Source: a virus
Taxonomy: Duplodnaviria > Heunggongvirae > Uroviricota > Caudoviricetes
Virus record (IMG/VR): IMGVR_UViG_2671180676_000003
DNA: 45,001 nucleotides
Direction: 5' to 3' (one strand)
A program made the position numbers and the translations under genes. The notes below the pieces were generated by a model. The model worked only from the letters and a program-made list of their open reading frames with translations. It was not told the DNA's origin and made no database searches. Positions within the stretch are counted from its first letter, which is position 1; each line of letters begins with the position of its first letter. Positions 1 through 7,914 of this stretch are shown here, one piece after another.

Positions 1-191
1 ACAATGCCTGTGTGGAAAGCTTCTTTCATTCGCTGAAGGTGGAATGTATCCACGGGGAACGCTTTAGCAGCCGGGAAATAATGCGGGCAACGGTGTTTAA
101 TTATATCGAGTGTGATTACAATCGCTGGCGTCGTCACAGTGCCTGTGGCGGTCTCAGCCCGGAACAATTTGAAAACCATAATCTCGCTTAG
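1..191 (+). CDS. IS3-family transposase OrfB (integrase core), C-terminal fragment; 5' end off-window
   Basis: Open frame from the window edge to TAG at 189-191; C-terminal sequence typical of IS3-group transposases. Confidence 0.8.
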   Translation, partial: NACVESFFHSLKVECIHGERFSSREIMRATVFNYIECDYNRWRRHSACGGLSPEQFENHNLA

Positions 192-221
192 GGCCGTGTC
201 CACATTACGTGGGTAGGATCA
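1..221 (+). mobile_element. IS3-family insertion sequence, right end only (element continues upstream of the window), including terminal inverted repeat ending ...GGGTAGGATCA
   Basis: Bases 3-191 translate to ...[57 protein letters not shown], which I recognise as the conserved C-terminus of IS3-group OrfB transposases. It is followed by an IS3-like terminal repeat (GGCCGTGTCCACATTACGTGGGTAGGATCA, 192-221). Recognition is from memory. Confidence 0.85.
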
Positions 222-713
222 CCCAGCGTCCTGACAGAATCCTCGAAAAACAACGAGCATACTGCCACCTGGGTTGATGTTTACTTCTACCTGACCCAGA
301 TTGACGTCAGGCTCGACAAACGCTACGCGGCCACCAGACAGAATAATCGTCTCATTCGCACACTCTGTTGCACGCTCATACCACTTTGTATCTAGGGATT
401 GAGGAATTAGCATCACTGTTGTAACTCCGCGAGCCTGCTCACGTATAGCCGCATCAATCCAGGGGGAGATTTTGGAGTAGGGTGGATTGAGGAAGGCAAT
501 TGTACCTGGCTGTCCCCATTCAGATTTCAAAGCATCACGCTCAACGCCTATGAAATTAGGCAGCTTTGCATTGTCCTTGTTGCAGGCAACGTCAACATCA
601 AATGTCACTCCAAGATAACGTTGAATGGCAGAAAACAGCCAGTCAGGTGTTCTCCAGAGGTCACGAAGAGAGTTGTCGCGCTTTCGCTGTTTGATTTTTT
701 CGGCTGCAATCAT
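219..713 (-). CDS. Phage-type DNA N6-adenine methyltransferase, 3' end truncated by the IS3-family insertion
   Basis: 164 aa with NPPY catalytic motif (FLNPPYSK). The stop codon TGA (rc of 219-221) is supplied by the last bases of the IS terminal repeat, so the native C-terminus is missing. Confidence 0.65.
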   Translation of the reverse strand: MIAAEKIKQRKRDNSLRDLWRTPDWLFSAIQRYLGVTFDVDVACNKDNAKLPNFIGVERDALKSEWGQPGTIAFLNPPYSKISPWIDAAIREQARGVTTVMLIPQSLDTKWYERATECANETIILSGGRVAFVEPDVNLGQVEVNINPGGSMLVVFRGFCQDAG

Positions 714-780
714 CTTCTTTCTCGATAGGTAAGTAAATACCTATTTTTGCATTTGATTTTATGTCTGGCAATCAAATAAA

Positions 781-828
781 ACGCGCCAGAAATGCAAACG
801 AGAAGCTCTCTGGCGCGTTTTTGTGGTG
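781..828. terminator. Putative bidirectional intrinsic terminator hairpin
   Basis: CGCGCCAGA...TCTGGCGCG stem followed by TTTTT on the plus strand and a T-rich run on the complement; lies between two minus-strand genes. Confidence 0.4.
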
Positions 829-896
829 CTGGGTATGTGATTGGCTTACCCAGCACTATAAAGCTCTCTATGGGCTTTATTTTCAGTAGGGGAACG

Positions 897-1706
897 TCAT
901 CCAATAGTGTACTCCGCGACAAACTTCTTAACGATCGGTGATTCTTCGTTCAATGTTAGATTTCCACCGTCTCTAACGGCAATTCCTGTCGCTGGAAATA
1001 CAGCCATCATTTGCCCAGCCTGAGTTGACGCAGTGTTAAGCGGATACGGTTTTTCTGGATTGCTCATTAAAGCAATCTTAATACTATTACTTGTAGCCTT
1101 CTTTTCTGTGAGAAGGTGTCTCATGGAAATTACCGTGTAAACACTAATATCTGGACCTCCGCTAAACCAATTAAGAAGGTTTAATATCTTATCCTTTGCT
1201 TTGACAGGCGCGTTATCGTAAGCGTCTAAAAAAATATCTTTCTCTAAACCCGCTTTATTGAAAAACGCATCATCTTTATCACTTAGAGCAAAACGAGGAC
1301 CTCTTGCAGTACGCGCTTTTTTATTTGTGTTGCTATCATTTGACTGTTGAACTTTTAATTCATCATTAATCTCAACACACCCTTCAACCTCGATGATCCC
1401 CAACTGTTCTGGTTCGTTTTCGGCAGCTTCACCACTTTCAGCGTTAATTACGTTTATAGGCTCATGCGCTAACTCCAACTCATTTAAAGCTGAGCTGAAA
1501 TCACCTGCTTTTTCTTCATTGAACAGTTCTTCGGCAACATCATCAGAACTCATGGCTACGCCAGCATCTAGGCCGAGCAGCAGATCGTCAATATCATCAG
1601 TATTTTCAACCTGTGCAGCTTTTTTTACTGGTTCATCAAGTGATTGCAACATGGCTGCCAGCTCGTCCAGATCATCATTTGTCATTACATTTTCAACCGA
1701 ACTCAT
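897..1706 (-). CDS. Hypothetical protein with highly acidic N-terminal half
   Basis: 269 aa ORF; N-terminal region rich in D/E. No motif recognised. Confidence 0.5.
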   Translation of the reverse strand: MSSVENVMTNDDLDELAAMLQSLDEPVKKAAQVENTDDIDDLLLGLDAGVAMSSDDVAEELFNEEKAGDFSSALNELELAHEPINVINAESGEAAENEPEQLGIIEVEGCVEINDELKVQQSNDSNTNKKARTARGPRFALSDKDDAFFNKAGLEKDIFLDAYDNAPVKAKDKILNLLNWFSGGPDISVYTVISMRHLLTEKKATSNSIKIALMSNPEKPYPLNTASTQAGQMMAVFPATGIAVRDGGNLTLNEESPIVKKFVAEYTIG

Positions 1707-1864
1707 GTAAGTCTCCTTCTGTTTGGTTACATTTGCGTTTCGATGGCTACATTTTGACTAAACCTATCAGGCGGAAAAGTATTAAATACAGGCAGGAAAT
1801 GATTGAAAGGCGACTGTTCTTTAAAAGAAAGCCTACTTTAAACTTTTTAAAGTAGGCTTTTGTT

Positions 1865-2422
1865 TTACACAATTTCAGAGGGTAATTTAAAAAATCCGTA
1901 CTTATTACGTGCCTTAAAGAAGCATTGCATCATTAAGTTTGTGTCATATAAGGCACTATGTGCTTTGGCATGATCGTATATAAAGCCAAGAGAGAAGGCC
2001 AACTCTTCAAGGCGGGGACGTTTACCGTCTTCTGTGGCCCACAATCCCGATAACATAGTATCTATAACAGGAACTTCTGGCAGTCTTACTCCATACCCTG
2101 AAAACTCGTGTCGAATAAATGGTATATCAAATGCTTCGCCGTTATGAGCAACCCACACACTACATGCCCCCATATAAGCGCCAATTTCGCTGGCATGATT
2201 TGACAACAAAGGTTCAGCTGCGAGCTGTTCCAATGAAATGCCATGAACGGCTTGAGCTTTCGGATCTATGTTTCTGCGAGGGTTAAAACGCATCTCCAGA
2301 CTATCAATATGTCTCTGTGTCTCCAGTTCATAGCGGGTAATTGCGATTTCAATAATTTTATGACCAGCAAGGAAATCCAGTCCCGTAGACTCGATATCGA
2401 TGCCTGCAACAATCGTTGTCAT
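1865..2422 (-). CDS. DnaQ-like (DEDDh) 3'-5' exonuclease
   Basis: Exo motifs visible: GIDIESTGL (Exo I), HNGEAFDIPF (Exo II), HSALYD (Exo III). AAGGAG Shine-Dalgarno 6 nt upstream of ATG. Confidence 0.75.
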   Translation of the reverse strand: MTTIVAGIDIESTGLDFLAGHKIIEIAITRYELETQRHIDSLEMRFNPRRNIDPKAQAVHGISLEQLAAEPLLSNHASEIGAYMGACSVWVAHNGEAFDIPFIRHEFSGYGVRLPEVPVIDTMLSGLWATEDGKRPRLEELAFSLGFIYDHAKAHSALYDTNLMMQCFFKARNKYGFFKLPSEIV

Positions 2423-2431
2423 CAGAACTCC

Positions 2432-2851
2432 TTACAACTTCTTAGCGCCCTTAAGTAGTGCGCTACGTACAAATTGAGCCGCTTTTTTCAAAGTTTCTTC
2501 ACTGGTTTCACAGACAATCGGATCTTTCCACTTACCTGACACAGTGTTGAGAATATTGATTTGGTTGCTATCCAGACAAACAGAGATATAAAGCACCGTG
2601 CCACCAGCCAGCATCAAATGCATAGGAAACAGAGGCTTTTTACTGCCTTCACTGAACTGAGACATGGCGATGTTAATGGCTTCACCCACTTGTGTACCAA
2701 CAAGCCCCTGCGCAGTTTCGAATATGGCACGAATAGCCAGACGAGCCTCTCGATCGCTCATAAGCGACCGGGAATGTTCGTCCGCTACACGAATCAAAGC
2801 CTCTGTTGTTTTCCGATCCAGTTCATCTTCAAGCAACATTTCACTAAACAT
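2432..2851 (-). CDS. Hypothetical protein
   Basis: 139 aa ORF in operon context; no recognisable motif. Confidence 0.5.
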   Translation of the reverse strand: MFSEMLLEDELDRKTTEALIRVADEHSRSLMSDREARLAIRAIFETAQGLVGTQVGEAINIAMSQFSEGSKKPLFPMHLMLAGGTVLYISVCLDSNQINILNTVSGKWKDPIVCETSEETLKKAAQFVRSALLKGAKKL

Positions 2852-2912
2852 TTTTTATCCTTAACCCATTTTGAGAGTTTTATTGTCGCAATGTCGAAGA
2901 GGCGAACAATTT

Positions 2913-3557
2913 CTAATGAACGGTCACTCGGCCACAGAACCGGTTTTCTATCTTTTCTACAGCGTTATCTAGCATTCTCATCACTGATCTGGCTCTTGCT
3001 TCAACCGTGCGATATCGGTTGGAAACGACGAAGGTTTGCAGATCTCCCCTTTGCGGATGCAGGTGAATTTTTGTCAGTTCCCCGCACATCAACGCATCAA
3101 TACGAGCGACATACAGACGGTCTAATGATGCTCGTTGTGATCGCAAGTAATCTCGCTCTGAGAGAGCGACTCCCGGGCGTAAGCCAGCAATGGCGTTAAA
3201 GTTTGAAATAGCAGTTTTGTGGCAAAACTTTTCGATATCGAGGGCTAACTCAATACACCGATCTTCATTTGTATGGCCGACCAAATCCAACGTGTAGGCC
3301 ATAACATCAGCAGGTGTGCGATCGATAACAAAGCCTTCAACACCACGCGTAAGTAGCTCTATATGCTTTGCTATTTCCATTTGAATCTGAAGCCGCTCAT
3401 ATAGAGGCATAGAATCACCTACTCGAACACCGAGGCGGCTCATCAAACTTCCGACACCAGCATCCACGTAAGGGATTCCGTAATGTTTGTCGATATATTT
3501 AGCCAGGGTTGTTTTCCCACTGCCCTGAGCACCAGTGATCCCAATCCGGTAATCCAT
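2913..3557 (-). CDS. P-loop nucleoside/deoxynucleotide monophosphate kinase-like protein
   Basis: N-terminal Walker A (GITGAQGSGKTT); size and position beside DHFR/ThyA are consistent with a phage dNMP kinase. Stop/start overlaps the DHFR gene. Confidence 0.55.
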   Translation of the reverse strand: MDYRIGITGAQGSGKTTLAKYIDKHYGIPYVDAGVGSLMSRLGVRVGDSMPLYERLQIQMEIAKHIELLTRGVEGFVIDRTPADVMAYTLDLVGHTNEDRCIELALDIEKFCHKTAISNFNAIAGLRPGVALSERDYLRSQRASLDRLYVARIDALMCGELTKIHLHPQRGDLQTFVVSNRYRTVEARARSVMRMLDNAVEKIENRFCGRVTVH

Positions 3558-4033
3558 TACGACCTTCTGTATACGATCTGCGAAAAGCCAGGCTCTTCCT
3601 CGCTGGCTCGTTGGGTATAAGCTGTTTCAACAGGCACAAAGCCTAAATTACGCATCATGCTTGCCGGGAAGAATGCATCGGCGTTTGGCACATCAACGCC
3701 GATGTGGGAGAGCCAAATCTCTTCAACATGCGGCATGAATAGCGAGTAAATTTGTTCCCCGCCAATCACCCACACAGGCTCTGGTAATCGCAACACATCA
3801 TCCACACCAGCAGGGTAGAATCCATTTGGTACAAAGCCATGAGAGCGCGTCAAAACGAGGTTATGACGCTCTGGAAGAGGGCGTTTGAGACTTTCCATCG
3901 TTTTACGCCCCATAACGACAGTGGCGTTTTTGGTGAGTCTCTTAAATAGCTTCAGATCGGTAGAACAACGCCAGGGGAGTTCATTCGCTATGCCGATCTC
4001 ATAGTTACGGCCAACAGCAGCGATCATCTTCAT
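3557..4033 (-). CDS. frd: Dihydrofolate reductase
   Basis: 158 aa; alignable by eye to E. coli FolA (MIAAVGRN.., LPW, VVMGRKTMESLKRPLPERHNLVLTRS, VWVIGGEQIY). Confidence 0.85.
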   Translation of the reverse strand: MKMIAAVGRNYEIGIANELPWRCSTDLKLFKRLTKNATVVMGRKTMESLKRPLPERHNLVLTRSHGFVPNGFYPAGVDDVLRLPEPVWVIGGEQIYSLFMPHVEEIWLSHIGVDVPNADAFFPASMMRNLGFVPVETAYTQRASEEEPGFSQIVYRRS

Positions 4034-4443
4034 TTGCTCACCTCATAGATGACCGGTCGATGGTGAGAGTCGGCTAAAGCGGCACGGAGTCGAGGATCGT
4101 GCACCAGCGCAGCGATAAGCAGATCGCCTTTATGCTCCGCTAATGTGCGCTTAATATGCTTCTCATAACTGGTGCCATTCGGTACGAGATGAAGCCAGTC
4201 ATAATCAACGCCAAAATCTTTCAGCCATCGTTTAGTTGGCGCTTCAAGAGTTTCAGAGCGGCTACTGATAAGCACCACTTCAGCCCCTGAGCGAGCAAAA
4301 CCACGCAACATACGGCTGGTGGGGAAAATGAGTTCATCACCGGCAATGAGCTGGCCTGCATCCGCGTCAGATACTGATTTACGATGGCTGGCATTTGCCA
4401 GCACACCTTCAATTTCGCATAAGACATACATACCTCTTGCCAT
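4030..4443 (-). CDS. Hypothetical protein, possibly HAD-like hydrolase fold with E-x-E in place of the D-x-D nucleophile motif
   Basis: ORF 4030-4491; I place the start at the ATG at 4443 just after the thyA stop. Motif VLCEIEGVL resembles HAD motif I but with Glu instead of Asp. Assignment is weak. Confidence 0.35.
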   Translation of the reverse strand: MARGMYVLCEIEGVLANASHRKSVSDADAGQLIAGDELIFPTSRMLRGFARSGAEVVLISSRSETLEAPTKRWLKDFGVDYDWLHLVPNGTSYEKHIKRTLAEHKGDLLIAALVHDPRLRAALADSHHRPVIYEVSK

Positions 4444-4444
4444 A

Positions 4445-5548
4445 TCACACCGCCACTGGAACCTTGATCCACGATAGAGGGTCATAGCCAAGAATTAAAA
4501 CCTCGTCCCATTTGAAATCATCCAACTCTGACCATTCATGAGGGAAAATAACGACCGGATCTGAATGCTCTGGAGCCTGTCGTTTCATTAGCTCACACAC
4601 ACCTTCCATGTGGTTGTTGTACAAATGCACGTCAAAGCCAAAATGCACAAATGCACCGGCCATGTGACCCGTAATCTTCGCGAGAAAATGAGTGAGAATG
4701 CCATAGCCAGCAATATTGAATGGCATACCAACAAAAGTGTCTACGCTACGCTGTACGAGGCAGGAGTTGAGGATGCGTTTGGGGATTCCAAGTTCATCCA
4801 GTTCAGCTTCAGTAACACTGCCGTCCATCTCCAGATCGTATAGCATCTTGGTGTAGATAGACTCGTAACCGAGGCGACTGTGTTGAAGACCAATGTCAGT
4901 TGCCATCGTTAAACGGGTTTCAAAATCCAGCTCACGACTCCACAAAGAGAAGACAAAGTGGCAAGGTGGCAGTTTCATATCCTCAAGCTCGCCTACGTTC
5001 CATGCGTTAAGCATGATGCGACGATCGGTAGGGTTCGTGCGCAGTGTATCGACAATACGCTGTAGCTGATCGATTTCACGGGACAGCACTACGCGATCTT
5101 CACTGATACCCAGGTATCCCTCGACTTTGTACCCGCGTTCACGGAAAGTAGCGATCTTGCTCAGATATTCACTATGGCTCACGATGCGGGTATCTTCCCA
5201 TCGACGCCACTGCTTACCGTAAACCGGCCCCAAATCGCCATTCTCATCGGCCCATGCATCCCAAATCTTAACGCCGTTATCCTTGAGAAATTGGATGTTG
5301 CCCGTGCCTTTCAGATACCACTCAAGTTCGACAAGCAGTGGCTTAAGATTTACCGCCTTTCCAGAAATAAGCGGCACAGTCCCACCAGTAAGCATGTAGT
5401 AAGAGGGAACGTAGCAGGTGCTTAAAGTACCAGTGCCTGTGCGATCATCAGCCTGCACGCCGCTTTTAAGCACCGTCTCAATAACTTTTGCATACGATGC
5501 GTTTGTTACCTGACCGTTCGTATGCTCACGATTCAAAAGGAGTGACAC
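4445..5548 (-). CDS. thyA: Thymidylate synthase (ThyA family) with two internal insertions
   Basis: DRTGTGT, WADENGDLGPVYGKQWR, LPPCH, MPFNIAGY motifs. The annotated ORF begins at GTG 5575 directly after a stop. I favour the in-frame GTG at 5548 preceded by GAGG, but the start is uncertain (5536-5575). Confidence 0.85.
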   Translation of the reverse strand: MSLLLNREHTNGQVTNASYAKVIETVLKSGVQADDRTGTGTLSTCYVPSYYMLTGGTVPLISGKAVNLKPLLVELEWYLKGTGNIQFLKDNGVKIWDAWADENGDLGPVYGKQWRRWEDTRIVSHSEYLSKIATFRERGYKVEGYLGISEDRVVLSREIDQLQRIVDTLRTNPTDRRIMLNAWNVGELEDMKLPPCHFVFSLWSRELDFETRLTMATDIGLQHSRLGYESIYTKMLYDLEMDGSVTEAELDELGIPKRILNSCLVQRSVDTFVGMPFNIAGYGILTHFLAKITGHMAGAFVHFGFDVHLYNNHMEGVCELMKRQAPEHSDPVVIFPHEWSELDDFKWDEVLILGYDPLSWIKVPVAV

Positions 5549-5719
5549 AAAAACCTCACAAAGATAAGTAACCACTTATTCATTACGTGAGTTTACATTT
5601 ATTGAGAGAACAAGGCCAGATAGATAAAAAAATGGTGGCCATAGGCCACCAAAAACGAATAGTTGTTTCAGGAATTTAACGCGCCAATACAATATACATA
5701 GATAGATAACTACCTACAA

Positions 5720-6589
5720 TTATTTTTTGATCATTCCGTACATTGCTGAGGCTTTAGCTTGCTCAACAAAGGAGGATAAATCGACATCACTATAGGTTGG
5801 AGACTTCAGAATCTTTCCATCGGAAATTCGAAAACCGATCATCTTATCGGTACCATCAGCATGGCGAAATCCCAGGTCTGAAGAGTCGTATTTGCAGTTG
5901 GCCACAGCCTGGCGACGTTCCTCTACATCAGCAGGCCATAATTTTGTCATGTTAGACCGATGAATTTCGCCAACCAGCTCGACTACATTGATACCGAGGA
6001 AATCAGCCAGTCGATAGGTCATCATGCACGCCACATAGATTTTGTTCATGACACGGCGCAGTTCCTGAATCAGCTCAGAATCCTTAACAGTCTTGTTCTC
6101 AAGTTTATCTGCCAGCTCTTCGAGCATACATGACGCCTCACGAGCTTCCTGAAATGGCATTGCCATATCATCGAAAACAGTGTTACCGGGCACAAAAATT
6201 GTCTGCATAAAGCGATCAATGCTCTGTTCCTGCGTGTAATAGGTCATGCCGGTAGAAATACCACCTTTGATGGCGACCATCGTACCAACACCAACGTATA
6301 AAAAGTCGGCCATTGCATCCAGCAGTTGCTCAATATCCCCATTCATTGCAGCTGGAATACCTTCCACTACAGCTTCTTCATGAATCAGGCTTGCACGGAG
6401 ACGAAGCAGCTCTGGTGTCGGCATAACGCGTCTCGGATGCTGGAAGAGTTCATGAAACTGATCGACCATCTTGTAAATACTTTCAGTGGCTACACCATGG
6501 CCTTCATGCAACTCATATGGTTCTGGCTTAAATCCAATGAGTCGATCGGTGGCAAGTTTCAGGTGGTCAGTCAGTTTGGTAAAGTTCAT
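5720..6589 (-). CDS. Hypothetical protein (possibly all-alpha nucleotide pyrophosphohydrolase-like)
   Basis: 289 aa; E-rich helical motifs (LIHEEAVVEG, DIEQLLDAMADF) and a nucleotide-metabolism neighbourhood. The functional guess is weak. Confidence 0.45.
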   Translation of the reverse strand: MNFTKLTDHLKLATDRLIGFKPEPYELHEGHGVATESIYKMVDQFHELFQHPRRVMPTPELLRLRASLIHEEAVVEGIPAAMNGDIEQLLDAMADFLYVGVGTMVAIKGGISTGMTYYTQEQSIDRFMQTIFVPGNTVFDDMAMPFQEAREASCMLEELADKLENKTVKDSELIQELRRVMNKIYVACMMTYRLADFLGINVVELVGEIHRSNMTKLWPADVEERRQAVANCKYDSSDLGFRHADGTDKMIGFRISDGKILKSPTYSDVDLSSFVEQAKASAMYGMIKK

Positions 6590-6666
6590 GCTAGTTTTGT
6601 TCCTTCTTAATTCTTGTGATCCATTGTGGCCCAGCGTTGCCAGGCCACATAATGCTTTGTATCGGT

Positions 6667-7809
6667 TTACAGGTCTGCAAACTGGCTTAGAGAAGCCTTA
6701 TCCACGGTAGAATCGATCTGACCTACCAGATATGTGCTTTGCTCTGCCTCTTGTGGTGCAATTTGCAGTGTGTCGGTTAACAACCACTTGTTCATCCAGA
6801 CCAGCGGATCAGTGGTAACTTCTGGAAATAAAGCCTTCAGGCCAAGACGATTCATAGCCAGATTGGTTCGGTATTTTACATAGGTCTTCAGAATATCCGC
6901 GTTTAAACCAATCATCGAACCGTCTTTGAAGAGATAGTCTGCCCAGTTCATTTCTTGTTCGGCGACTGATTTCATGGTGTCGTAAATGACGTTTTCTTCA
7001 TCAGCAGCAATCTCTTTCCACAATAAACCTTCGCGACCGGTACGCATGAAGCGGATCATGCGTTCAGTTCCTTCGCAATGCAGAGCTTCATCACGGGCAA
7101 TAAAGCGCATAATTTTGGTGTTACCCTCAAGCAACTTCCGTTCACCAAAGGCAAACGTACATGCAAAACTTACGTAGAAACGGATCGCCTCAAGCGCATT
7201 AATGGACACCAACGTGCGGAAAAGCTGACGATGCAAAGGGTATGGCTCCCAGCCATATTCATTTACGTACAGACGCTCAAATTCCTTCTCACCTAACGAC
7301 TGGCGCTCGCAGGTCATCCCATAAAGCCTGTCATATTCAGCAGAGATACTGATCGCTCGGTTGATGATTTCTTCATCCGTAACAATACCGTCAAAAACAA
7401 TGCTCGGATCGTCCACCATGCCACGAATAATGTGGGTGTAGCTGCGGCTATGGATAGTCTCAGAGAAAGACCACGTTTCAACCCACGTTTCCAGTTCAGG
7501 AATAGAGATAAGCGGCAGCAGCGTTGCATTTGGACTACGTCCCTGAACTGAATCGAGTAACGTTTGATAACGGAGATTGCTCAGAAAAATGTGACGTTCG
7601 TGGTCCCGCAGCTTCGTGTTGAAGTCGATACGATCGCTCGAAATATCAACTTCTTCCGGCCGCCAGAAGAAAGACAATTGACGTTCAATCAACTTTTCAA
7701 AATCACGGTATTTTTGCTGATCGTAACGTGCCACGTTGACAGATTGTCCGAGGAACATAGGCTCTTTGGTTGCATCATTAGCACCCAAACGGAACGTTGA
7801 ATATGACAT
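6667..7809 (-). CDS. nrdB: Ribonucleoside-diphosphate reductase class Ia beta subunit
   Basis: MSYSTF...[39 protein letters not shown] closely parallels E. coli NrdB. Start chosen at the ATG at 7809 with AAGGA upstream, not the longer ORF start at 7845. Confidence 0.9.
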   Translation of the reverse strand: MSYSTFRLGANDATKEPMFLGQSVNVARYDQQKYRDFEKLIERQLSFFWRPEEVDISSDRIDFNTKLRDHERHIFLSNLRYQTLLDSVQGRSPNATLLPLISIPELETWVETWSFSETIHSRSYTHIIRGMVDDPSIVFDGIVTDEEIINRAISISAEYDRLYGMTCERQSLGEKEFERLYVNEYGWEPYPLHRQLFRTLVSINALEAIRFYVSFACTFAFGERKLLEGNTKIMRFIARDEALHCEGTERMIRFMRTGREGLLWKEIAADEENVIYDTMKSVAEQEMNWADYLFKDGSMIGLNADILKTYVKYRTNLAMNRLGLKALFPEVTTDPLVWMNKWLLTDTLQIAPQEAEQSTYLVGQIDSTVDKASLSQFADL

Positions 7810-7914
7810 GTGTTTTTCCTTTTGCTTTTTGATGTGTTTAAACAAGTTGTTATCTTATTTGTTTAAACAAGGCTTACAAATCAAAGAGAAGGTGGGGATA
7901 CACCCCACCATATG

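Noticed and set aside
710-922. Track ORF 710-922 (minus, 70 aa)
   Set aside because: Spans two hairpin terminator structures and the intergenic promoter region between real genes.
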